A stretch of DNA of 64,000 nt, taken from assembly GCA_964016885.1 (NCBI GenBank), contig OZ024740.1, positions 417,942,001 to 418,006,000 on the forward strand. Direction: 5' to 3'. This DNA is from Eledone cirrhosa (taxonomy: Eukaryota). Both the position numbers and the translations under genes were made by a program. This document shows positions 53,501 through 64,000 of the stretch, piece by piece. The notes beneath the pieces are model-generated. The model searched no databases, was not told the origin of the DNA, and saw only the letters and a list, made by a program, of their open reading frames with translations. Position 1 is the stretch's first letter. Each line of letters opens with the position of its first letter.

Positions 53501-55480
53501 CTTACCTCACTTCTCGTAGAGGAAGGATGGTTTTTCCATCCTTCTCACTGCTTGTGGCCTCCTCCGGAAGGATGTCCTTATAAATCCCCCTGGAGAGTAT
53601 TTGTCGGAAGTCTCCGATGTCCTTGGGGAATTTTCATTTTAGTGTCGTGTACGTTTTCTGTGTGATGCGAGTGATTTGTATGTGTGGAGGTGGTGTGAAT
53701 TTTTTGGGTGTTGTGTAGTCTTTTTCTGTGATGCTGGTGTTGTGTTGGATGTAGTGTAACAATTGGTTGTTGTTCAATTTTAATGCTGTGTAGTGTGTAT
53801 CGTTTTGGTTGTTTTGTTTTGTTTGCATTTGTTGTGGGTTTGTTTCTGTTTCGCTTTTTGGTGATTTTTGTGGTGTTGGGGTTAATAATGGTGATGGTGG
53901 TTGTGGGGTTAATGATGTTGATGGTGTTGGTGTTTGTGGTGATGAGGATGGTGATGCTGGTGTGGGTGGTGGCATAGCTGTCTTAACTTTTTGTTTGTTT
54001 GTTTATTTGTTTCCCCCTGCATTTTGTTTTTGGAGAGGGAGGAAGAGGATTTTTTTATTTTTATTTTTTTTATTTTTTTATATATATTTTTTTTTTATTT
54101 TTTTTTTTTAATTATTTTTTTTCCTGATACAGTTTCCCACTCCTCCTCATCGTCACAATCTGTCTCCATTTGGGATAGGTCGGGGAGTGGAAAATCCTCC
54201 ACGGGCGTTGGTTTTGGTTGTGGCGTGGTGGGTGGTAGAAGCGCTGGTGCTAATTCTGGCGCGGTGGGTGGTGGTGGTGTTGGTTTTGCTACTGTTGCTG
54301 GGGTTGTTGCTGCTACAGTTGCTTCTGTTGTTGCTGCTACAGTTGTTGCTGCCATTTCTGCTGCTGCTGCTGGTGTTGATGGTTGAGTCACTGGGGTGGG
54401 TAGGAGAGGTGGCCTCAACTTTTCAGCCTGAGGGCAGAAAGCCTTTAGGTGGGTTCCTTCGCCACAAACGACACACCTAGGCCTTCTACCCCAACGATTA
54501 CGGTGAGGTGGCTGCCGTCACTGAGGTCTATCACCTCTGGAATTTCCTCAATGTTTTTTTGGTCCGCTTGGATCAGGAGCTCCATCCCAGATCCGGACCA
54601 GTTCTCCTGCTTTTCTTTTGTTACCTTAATTATTTTCGTGTTGGCCTCGATGCCGGCAAGGACAGCAGCCATTAGCCAGGGAATTTCGATGGCGGGCGGA
54701 ACGTGGGTCACCCTGATCTTCACAAGTATCTGACCACAATAGCTTGGGACGAGTGTGAACTCGTCACTTCTTAATGGGGCCATGGAGTGCTCTCTGGCTT
54801 CCTGTGGTGTTCCAAAGAACACGTCCACGGTTCCATATTTCTGCCCACGTCTGATGTGGGGTTTTTTCGCCCACACATGTCCCAAAGCTTTTTGTATCTG
54901 GGACTCGGATGCCCGTTCTACTCGGCGTGATTTTGTGTTTATCGTCCGATATGACACGCTGATGCTCCATTTTATTAGATGGGGAGGGGGTGAGACTGAC
55001 CCTGTACCCATCTTTTTTTACCATTCTCTTGGCTTCATTTAATTCATCCTGCTTACCTCGATTGTTTCGCTTTTCTTGGCTGCTTTGGCAAACGAAACAT
55101 TTTGTTTTGCGCTGATGTTGATGTTGTTGTTATTCTCATTGTTGTTGTTGTTGCTGTTGCTGTTGTTGTTATTGTTATTTTTGTTATTGTTATTTTTAGT
55201 TTCAGTTGTGGTGGTGTTGGTGGTGGTGTTGGTGGTGTCAGTGGTGTTCGGCGTGGAAGAGTCGATTCTGGGTGAATCCATTTCAATGTCACGAGATAAT
55301 AATTTTTGGGGGGTTTCTGTTGTCGCTGTGGTAGTGGTGGGGGTGGCGGCTTTAACACCTGCAGTTATTGGTAAAGGCGGGAAATGAATGTCTGCATGTG
55401 ACAAATTAAAATTATTGCCACTGCTTATATTTTTAGACAATTGACAGGGACCAGAAACCCGCAAAGAAAAGTTGGAAAAA

Positions 55481-55833
55481 TGTATTGATAAATGTAACGG
55501 ACTGTGGTCATTGGAGCACTTTGGCTGTCTCGTGTGTCTCAAGACATGGTATGTATTGATAGATGTAACTGACCGTGGTCATTGGAGCACTTTGGCTGCC
55601 TCATGTGTCATAAGACGTGGGATATATTGATAAATGTAACTGACCGTGGTCATTGGAGCACTTTGGCTGTCTCATGTGTCTTAAGACATGGTATATATTG
55701 ATAGATGTAACTGACCATGGTCATTGGAGCACTTTGGCTGCCTCATGTGTCTCAAGACATAGGATGTATTGATATATTTAACTGACCATGGTTATTGGAG
55801 CACTTTGGCTGTCTCTTGTGTTTCAAGACGCGG
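55481..55833 (-). repeat. Five tandem 71-bp monomers at the 5' end of the Tx1/L1 element
   Basis: GGAGCACTTTGGCTG begins at 55513, 55584, 55655, 55726 and 55797 (exact 71-bp period). Confidence 0.93.
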
Positions 55834-56350
55834 GAGTTTCTAAGTCTCAGATGTTTTAGCCTTCTGATTTCCTAACATTTAAGATTTTCTTCCACACATA
55901 CTCTCTACAATGTAACAGAACAATATCATTGCTACTATATTATCTTTGATCGTTATCTCACGCTTCTTGGTTCGAAACCAATCGGCGTGATCAAAATTAT
56001 TCATATCCCCACTTCGATATTTTAAATGGTTTGTACCCAATTCAAAACAAATAAATCTATATTTAGGTGGCCTAAAAAAACCAGATGGATGTTGGTTTAG
56101 TATTCCAGTTTAAGGTACAGTAGAAGTAGACTGGCCATTTCGTTTGTGTGTGTATGCGAGTGCGAGAATATGTATGTATGCATGTATATGTATGTTTCTA
56201 GGTGTGTATATGGTTATGTATCTATGAATGTATGAGAGTATGTATGTGTGTAAGTATGAGAGTATGTATGTGTGTAAGTATGAGAGTGTGTAAGTATGAG
56301 AGTATGTATGTGTGTAAGTATGTGAGTATGTATGTATGTATGTATGTACG

Positions 56351-59116
56351 TAAAATCCGGGCGCCTGGTGTTGCCCTGCCCAAAAGATTGAATGCTGCTC
56401 GTCTTAAGGATAAAAATGTGAAGAGGACATTGGAAGAAGAGATGCAGGCTGCAGATCTTGGTGAGGATTGGCCGACCCTTAAAAAGTCGGTTTATGATGT
56501 AGGCAGGCGTGTTCTGGAATTGGTGCAGAGAAAACATCAGGACTGGTTTAATGAGAATGATGTACATATAGAAGACTTGTTGGCTGATAAGAGGCGTGCT
56601 CTGTCACGATACTTGACGGCAAAACCACAGGAGAGGAATACGTTGCATGAGGAATTCAAGGATGTAAAATCACGTGTTAGGCGGAGTCTTTCTCAGATGA
56701 AGGATCAGTGGTGGAGTGAGAAGGCTGGTGAGATACAAACTGCGTCAGATTCCAATAACACAAAGCTGTTGTACAGTCTCTTGCGTGAGGTTTATGGACC
56801 GTCTTCTTCTCTGGTGACACCGCTTCGCAGCAAGGATGGCAAAGAACTTCTTCGTGACTCACAAGGAATTCTAGGAAGGTGGCGAGAGCAGTTTGATGAT
56901 CTTTTGAATCAGCCGTCTGTCGTCAGTGAAGATTTCCTCAATCTCATTCCAGAAAGTCCTGTGAAAGTAGCTCTCGCAGAACCTCCGACGCTTGTGGAGG
57001 TTGCAGTGGCTATTTCGAAGCTGAACAGTGGAAGATCTCCAGGTATGGATGGCATACATGCTGAGCTCCTACAATATGGTGGTGAGAGACTCCTGCAACA
57101 TCTTCACTCTTTGTCTCTTTGTTTGGCAGGATATGGGCTAATGAATCCGTACCTGAGGACTGGAGAGATGCAGTAATGGTGGTCTTGTACAAGGGAAAGG
57201 GTAACAGGAATGATTGTGGGAACTACAGAGGTATATCATTGCTTTCTGTCGTAGGGAAAGTTTTATGTAGGGTGCTTCTGGACCGTCTGCTGACACACAT
57301 TGCAGATTGTGTTCTTACTGAAAGTCAATCTGGTTTTCGTGCTGGACGCAGCACTACTGATATGATCTTCTCAGCTAGACAGCTCCAGGAGAAGTGCATG
57401 GAACAAGGCTTGGATCTGTATCAGGTTTTTGTCGATCTGACAAAAGCTTTCGATACTTGGTTGCCCTGATAAGTTCCTTGCTTTAGTTAGGTCTTTCCAT
57501 GACGACATGAAGGCTTGGGTTAATGTCGGAGCCTATCTCAGTAAAAAATGGAGTGAAACAGGGGGATATTCCAGCACCGACCCTGTTTGCCATATACTTT
57601 GCAATGGTTTTCTGTATTGCATTCAGGAATTGCGAGCATGGTGTTTACATCCGATATCGAACCTCAGGCAGCATATTTAACATCAGGCGCTTTGCTGCAA
57701 AGACAAAAGTATTTACATCAATCATAAGAGACCTCTTGTATGCAGATGATTGCGATCTTGTAGCGCACACAGAGAGTGATATTCAGCACATTTTGAATGC
57801 ATTTTCTGACGCTTGCACTGCCCCAGGATTGACTGTCAGTCTCAAGAAAACCGTCGTCATGTACCAACATGCCCCTGGTAAGCAGTACACTGAACCAAAT
57901 ATCTATGTGTATGGAAAAAGACTTGGAGTGGTTGATCAGTTTTTCTACCTGGGAAGCACTGTCAATCGATACAGCAACCTTGACAGTGAAATCTCACTTA
58001 GGATTAGGATGCTTTCGGAAAGCTAGAAAGGCGACTCTGGGGTCGGCGAGACATATGCAGGAGGACAAAGGTAAGGGTGTACAGGGCATGTGTGCTCTCT
58101 TGTCTTCTTTATGCCTGCGAGACCTGGGTCACATATCGACACCACCTTAAGCAATTGGAGCGTTTCCATCAGATGTGTCTCAGACGGATCCATGGCGTTC
58201 ACTGGAGGGACCACATCAGTGATGTCGAGATTTTGGAAAGCTCTATGTGTGACAGTATAGAAGCTCGTGTGCTTAAGCAACGACTCCGTTGGAGTGGTCA
58301 CCTTGCCAGGATGAAGGATTCTAGAATACCAAAACAACTCTTTTATGGAGAGTTGGTTAAAGGGAAACGACCGCCACATAAACCAAAAAAGAGGTATAAG
58401 GATTCCTTGAAAGCCTCTCTGAAAGACGCTAACATCTCTGCTGATACATGGGAAAATATTGCTGCTGATCGTAATAAATGGAGAAAGACTGTATATGAGG
58501 GAAAAGTTGCCTTTGAGGCATCTCGAATCGCATACGAGAAAGTAAAGCGGGATGTGAGGAAGGGCATTGCTGTTGCACTTCCACACGGCAAGGGACCTCC
58601 TATGGTGCTGACATGCAGCGTCTGTGCGAGACTCTGCCTAAGCAAAGTTGGACTCGAAAGTCATCTTCGCAGTCATAAAGTAAAACCAGTGGTTGACTAC
58701 CAGGCTGCTGTTGGAGATGCTACTCACCATGCTTGCCAAACATGTGGTAGAGAATGTAAATCGGCAGGATGGCTCAAGCGACATGCAAAAGTACACGAAC
58801 TCCAACCACAGCCGGCTATTCCCAGTGAATGTTTTGGTTGCCGACTCTGTGCAAGACATTTTAGATCATTGGCTGGGCTAAAAAGCCACATTCGATCGCA
58901 GCGCTGTTAGTTGCTATCGTGTGTGTGTGTGTGTGTGTGTAGATGTGTTTATGTGTGTGCGTGTGTGTGTATATATATATATGTATATGTATATCATTAT
59001 TGTTTTTGTCGTTATTATTATTGTTGTTATTATTATTATTATTATTAATGTATATGTGTGTGTGTGTATATGTGTGTGTATATGTGTGTGTATATATGTG
59101 TGTGTATATGTGTATA

Positions 59117-59178
<62 letters not shown>

Positions 59179-59340
59179 TATTTATTTATTTATTTATTTA
59201 TTTTCTTTTTTATTTATTTATTAATTTTTTTTTTTATCCTCGCGCAATGGCCATACTCGATAACGATGAGGCAGCCATCATGTATGTATGTATGTATGTA
59301 TGTATGTATGTATGTATGTATGTATGTATGTATGTATGTA
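56351..59340 (+). mobile_element. 5'-truncated, disrupted RTE-clade LINE with three C-terminal C2H2 zinc fingers
   Basis: GRSPGMDGIHAELL, CGNYRGISLLSVVGK, ESQSGFRAGRSTTDMIF, FVDLTKAFD, GVKQGDIPAPTLF, LLYADD, RLRWSGHLARM, PKQLFYGEL. Stop at 58910; 3' end at 59248-59280 with a (TATG)n tail; (TATG)n also upstream. Confidence 0.93.
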
Positions 59341-59475
59341 TGTGAGTGTGTATGAAGGTGTGAATGTTCATTCCAGAAAGATAGGGGGTGTGGTGTATAA
59401 ATGAGAGTGAGATGGGAGTAGATGGGAGACCATGTGTGTTTGTGTAATATGTCCAGGTGTGTCTTTTTCGATGAG

Positions 59476-59525
<50 letters not shown>

Positions 59526-59972
59526 GGTGAGGTGGGGAGATAGGGGGAAGACGGGGGGAGACGGGGGGAACGGGGAGAGCGGAGGGAGAGAGAGAGGGAT
59601 CATCTCTATTATCTGATTTCTATTTTGTTTGTTGATTCCCTCCATTTAAAGACTATTTTAAAGAAAATAAACTAACCAGATGCAAAAATATTAGAGATTA
59701 AGACTCCATTCTTCTTCACTTGGTTTATCTTCCCGTCTTTTATTTTGTTCATTGATTTACTATGATTCCTAGTTTCAGTAAGTACCGCCATCTGACATAT
59801 TTTCATATCTTTATTATATGCGAGGAAGAAGAAAATAAAAACTAACTCTAGCTTTAATGGCAAGAAGCCACTAAGTGATCAGAAGAGTACATATTAGTAG
59901 TGGCAGTAAGAGACGTTGTCAGAACGGTAGTAGCAGATGTAGGATTAACACACACATACACACACACACACA

Positions 59973-60007
<35 letters not shown>

Positions 60008-60062
60008 ATTGAAAACCTAACTCACCGCTGCTCTGAGTTTCACGAGTACAGCCAGAATAAAT

Positions 60063-60181
<119 letters not shown>

Positions 60182-60301
60182 GCATGAAAAATGTGCTCGT
60201 AGGCGGTATGCCGGTTGAGCACTCGATGCTCGCGCAGAGCAGCGTATAATACTATAAGGATAAAGAACAAGGATTCAGTGTTGCATCATAATATATTTAA
60301 T

Positions 60302-60395
60302 AACATATTACATATGTTTCACTATCGATCAGCTCGAGGCAAGACCTATTATAGATCGAACCTGACTCTGTAATCGAAAGGTCGTCGGCTATGCT
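60302..60395 (-). ncRNA. Mirror copy of HHR-6 with mutated core (CCGACGA)
   Basis: Minus strand AGCATAG-CCGACGA...GAAACATATGTA-ATATGTT; U4>C plus a broken stem I closing pair. Confidence 0.6.
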
Positions 60396-60424
60396 TAGTA
60401 TATGAGAAACGAATTCATATACTA

Positions 60425-60518
60425 AGCATATCTGACGACCTTTCGATTACAGGGTTAGGTTCGATCTATAACAGGTCTTGCCTCGAGCTGATCGATAGTG
60501 AAACATATGTAATATGTT
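60425..60518 (+). ncRNA. Type I hammerhead ribozyme (HHR-6, intact core)
   Basis: Stem I AGCATAT/ATATGTT; CTGACGA at 60432; stem II CTTTCGATTA/TGATCGATAG with a large loop; GAAA at 60500; C-ATAT-G; GUA triplet. Confidence 0.82.
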
Positions 60519-60570
60519 ATTAAATATATTATGATGCAACACTGAATCCCTGTTCCTTATCCTTATAGTG

Positions 60571-60630
<60 letters not shown>

Positions 60631-60856
60631 TATATAAGTGAAAAAGTGTAGGTGAAATGCACAGAAGTATATTTAAAGATTATTTCTTTTTTAATCCGAC
60701 AGAATGAATAATTTTATAATTTCTGCATCAAATATAACCGGTTTTGATTGCTATAACAATTTTATCACATGAAAGATATTAAATATTAAATATTTAGAAA
60801 AATGTTTCTTTTTCGTGTATTCTGTGAGCAGTTCAAATATATGTGAGTTTTCTGTC

Positions 60857-61144
60857 TGGTACTTATTTATCGACCTCGTAAGGATAAACGGCAAAGCTAA
60901 CCTCGGCGGGATTTGAAATCAGAAAGTAAAGGACCATAATAATGCCGTGAAGTGTGGCGTCTGATGCTCTACCGATATTGCTAATCCACCACCCTTAATC
61001 AAATATTAATAATGATTTCTAGTATAGGCACAAGGCCAGTAATTGGAGGGGGGGGGGGCTGTCGATTAAATCGACCCCAGTACGTTACTGGTGCTTTATT
61101 TTATCGACCCCGTAAGGATGAAAGGCAATGTTAACCTCGGCGGG
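60857..61144 (-). mobile_element. Two adjacent degenerate SINE copies (~60857-60996 and ~61010-61144)
   Basis: Both contain TGGT.CTT.TTTATCGACC.CGTAAGGAT.AA.GGCAA.G.TAACCTCGGCGGG. The first includes a B-box remnant (ATTTCAAATCCC on minus). Resembles abundant octopus SINEs from memory. Confidence 0.75.
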
Positions 61145-61146
61145 TT

Positions 61147-61186
61147 ACGAGCTGAGGATCCGCTAAGGTGAAACAATTGTTCTCGT
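61147..61186 (+). ncRNA. Minimal 40-nt type I hammerhead ribozyme (HHR-7)
   Basis: ACGAG-CTGAGGA-TCC-GCTAA-GGT-GAAA-C-AATT-G-TT-CTCGT: perfect 5-bp stem I, 2-bp stem II, palindromic stem III, GUU triplet. Confidence 0.83.
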
Positions 61187-61389
61187 TATGGTGAACTAAC
61201 TGTTGTGTAACCACTTTATATATATATATATATATGTAATAAATTGTTAAAGAAACAATGACTTTTTCAATTCTGCGAAAGCAGAATGGTATCCCATACC
61301 GTACGTACGTTTTCGGATTATTTTATGCTGCAAAAGAGTATGAAAGAGCCCACAAAAACGCGAATTTTACATTCAAACAATTTTTTTTC

Positions 61390-61460
61390 TTCGTGAGACT
61401 GTTCGTATCTACGGAAGTTCGTTTGTAAGTCGGATGTTCGTAAGGTGGGGACTTACTGTA
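61390..61460. mobile_element. Single terminus of a pogo/Tigger-like DNA transposon
   Basis: ...GTTCGTAAGGTGGGGACTTACTG|TA with repeated subterminal GTTCGT motifs. Partner TIR not found. Confidence 0.5.
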
Positions 61461-62263
61461 CACATTTATTCCTACAGATTCACTACAGAGACTGGGCTTG
61501 AAATCTATAAAATTAAATTAACAAAGAAAGCAGGCAGGGTATATCCACGAACCATGAACAATTTATCTTTCTGTGAGCTTTTACTGATTCTGTCGTTCCA
61601 TACCCATCGGATTGACTTATAATATATTTTATCTCGTTCATGTTGTTGTTGTTATGGGATTGCTCAACATTTTATCTTCTATAATAATCTTTTTTTTTTT
61701 CAGTTTATCCTTATTTTCTATATTATTTCATATTTCTTTTTCCGCGTCAAGAGACGAAGACTTTAATCTGATGACAATTGCATAACACTGGGTTGTTTTT
61801 TTATTCCCATGAATCTTGCAGCCATTTTTACTTATATATATATATTATATTCATGGTTTTATTTTCAGAGAGATTTCCTTGGCATTTAAATCAGATTTGT
61901 GTGTTTCTCATTGACCTATACAAACTATGCAGAGGCGCCAAAGAGAATTTTGAAAATAAACAATAAAAGTTCCTGTTCTTGCAGAAACATGAAACAAATT
62001 ATTCTGGAAATATGAAGTATGGTTTAAAAAAAAAAGGATTTTATTATAATTTACAGAGCCTAGATTTGAGACAAAGTAGAGATAAAGAGGGAGACAGGGA
62101 GACATGATAGGGAAAGGATAAGTGTAGAAGGAGATGGTGGGAGAGGTGGATGGAAGAATGGTGAAGGGGGAGTGGGAACTTGACTGTTAATTTAATGGAT
62201 CGGGAATTGCTGTAGTTGCAACAGAAGAAAAGCAGATGGTGTTTCTTGTGCTCAACAGTTTGG

Positions 62264-62350
62264 GATATGTTTGTGTTTGACAATTGTACTGTGACTTCGA
62301 TGAGTCAACTACATTACACACACACACATATATATATATATATGTATATA

Positions 62351-62431
<81 letters not shown>

Positions 62432-62712
62432 GTATGTATATATGTGTGTATATATATTGTCTATTCTCCCAAAGGGAACCAAGGTTATGGAATAATGTCT
62501 TCATTTTTATTGTCAGGGAGAGAGATGGGGGAGAGGGGGATGGGGGTAGGGACAGGGGTGTGGGGTGTGGAGGGGGGGGGGGAGAGGGGGGAGAGGGTTT
62601 TATGGTAGATTGGTCTAGAATCTGATCAATCCACCATAAAACTCTCTCTATACATAATGTAGTTCACTCATCGAACTCATCGATATCACAATACAATTGT
62701 CAAACACATATC
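62264..62712. repeat. Small fold-back/MITE-like structure with ~50-bp imperfect terminal inverted repeats and an internal 25-bp hairpin
   Basis: TGTGTTTGACAATTGTACTGTGA...TCGATGAGTCAACTACATTA (62264-62316) versus TAATGTAGTTCACTCATCGA...TCACAATACAATTGTCAAACACA (62655-62712). Hairpin at 62591-62648. Confidence 0.75.
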
Positions 62713-63082
62713 GATACGATTAATGTTTCCCTTTATAATTTGTAAATCGATGGCTGGAGGAAAAACATGTGCAAAGAGACAGGGTCAGATTTATTAAGGG
62801 GGTGGGGTTAATTGCCCGGGCCTCACCAATGACGGCCGTAGAAATTTATTGGTGTCCTCAGCTGGACTTTTTAGTTTTAGTATGGTTACAATTTTTTTTA
62901 TTTAATACCTGTATGTATAACTTCTCAATTCCAATTACTTGCGCCAAGCTACCTTTGATATGTAATATTGGGGGGTTTAAAGGTCTACATCCAACCTTGC
63001 AGAGAGATGGAGGATTTCTGTTTTCCTTTCAGAGGAGAGGCAAAGTAGTTTTTTGCAGAGACAATTTCTGTTGTGTGGATAT

Positions 63083-64000
63083 GTGTGGTGGTGTACAGGT
63101 GTGGTGGTGTACAGGTGTGGTGGTGTACAGATGTGGTGGTGTACAGGTGTGGTGGTGTACAGGTGTGGTGGTGTACAGGTGTGGTGGTGTACAGGTGTGG
63201 TGGTGTACAGGTGTGGTGGTGTACAGATGTGGTGGTGTACAGGTGTGGTGGTGTACAGGTGTGGTGGTGTACAGGTGTGGTGGTGTACAGGTGTGGTGGT
63301 GTACAGGTGTGGTGGTATACAGGTGTGGTGGTGTACAGGTGTGGTGGTATACAGGTGTGGTGGTGTACAGGTGTGGTGGTGTACAGGTGTGGTGGTGTAC
63401 AGGGGTGGTGGTGTACAGGTGTGGGGGTGTACAGGTGTGGTGGTGTACAGGTGTGGTGGTGTACAGGTGTGGTGGTGTACAGGTGTGGTGGTGTACAGGT
63501 GTGGTGGTGTATAGGTGTGGTGGTGTACAGGTGTGGTGGTGTACAGGTGTGGTGGTGTACTGGTGTGGTGGTGTACTGGTGTGGTGGTGTACAGGTGTGG
63601 TGGTGTACAGGTGTGGTGGTGTACAGGTGTGGTGGTGTATAGGTGTGGTGGTGTACAGGTGTGGGGGTGTACAGGTGTGGTGGTGTACAGGTGTGGTGGT
63701 GTACAGGTGTGGTGGTATACAGGTGTGGTGGTGTACAGGTGTGGGGGTGTACAGGTGTGGTGGTGTACAGGTGTGGTGGTGTATAGGTGTGGTGGTGTAC
63801 AGGTGTGGGGGTGTACTGGTGTGGTGGTGTACAGGTGTGGTGGTGTACAGGTGTGGTGGTGTACAGGTGTGGTGGTATACAGGTGTGGTGGTGTATAGGT
63901 GTGGTGGGGTACAGGTGTGGTGGTGTACAGGTGTGGTGGTGTATAGGTGTGGTGGTGTACAGGTGTGGTGGTGTACAGGTGTGGTGGTGTACAGGTGTGG
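63083..64000. repeat. 16-bp G/T-rich minisatellite (GTGTGGTGGTGTACAG)n, about 57 units, running off the window end
   Basis: Direct inspection; highly homogeneous units. Confidence 0.98.

Larger units (their letters stand above)
49856..55833 (-). mobile_element. Near full-length, decayed Tx1/L1-clade LINE (ORF1 + ORF2)
   Basis: ORF2 fragments: APE endonuclease (VVAISETR, GGGGVAVLFR), RT (GKSPGLDGLPYELY, NFRPITLLNTEFKILAKVLAKRL, NLDQSKAFDRVDH, SVRQGCPLS), GGLGMP, and a degenerate C-terminal zinc knuckle CPRY...ETVLHALVQC. Low-complexity ORF1 remnants at 53.6-55.5 kb. AATAAA near the 3' end. Many stops and frameshifts. Confidence 0.92.
60251..60569. repeat. Near-perfect palindrome: 155-bp arms (60251-60405 and 60415-60569), 9-nt loop
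   Basis: Arms differ at 7 positions by manual alignment (6 transitions). Loop is GAAACGAAT. Confidence 0.97.

Noticed and set aside
60251-60569. Arm mismatches as a genomic record of A-to-I editing
   Set aside because: Transitions occur in both directions and are too few to distinguish from ordinary mutation.
61768-61800. CTGATGA at ~61768
   Set aside because: No GAAA/NUH partner.
62810-62868. Minus-strand CTGAGGA followed by a CACCAAT/ATTGGTG stem
   Set aside because: GAAA is replaced by GAGG and stem I does not pair; at best a dead remnant.

Overview
Repeat-dominated eukaryotic DNA with no supportable host protein-coding gene. The SINE motifs and dense (TA)/(TG) microsatellites suggest a mollusc, probably an octopus (inference). 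Bases 1-33251 are one head-to-tail 45-bp satellite (about 740 units) with higher-order block duplications; its long ORFs are artefacts of a stop-free 15-codon unit. The remaining 31 kb is a transposon graveyard: a Penelope-like (GIY-YIG) 3' fragment, an R4/Dong-type RLE fragment, a decayed near-full-length Tx1/L1 element with 71-bp 5' monomers, a 5'-truncated RTE with three C-terminal C2H2 fingers, a short non-autonomous RTE derivative, SINEs, MITEs, a tRNA-like gene and minisatellites. The most striking unannotated signal is a set of seven sequence-distinct type-I hammerhead ribozyme motifs with intact cores, plus two core-mutated mirror copies. Each lies 20-200 bp upstream of a (TA)n tract. 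Two sit in long fold-back palindromes in which exactly one arm keeps the catalytic core. All folds were derived by eye and need computational confirmation.
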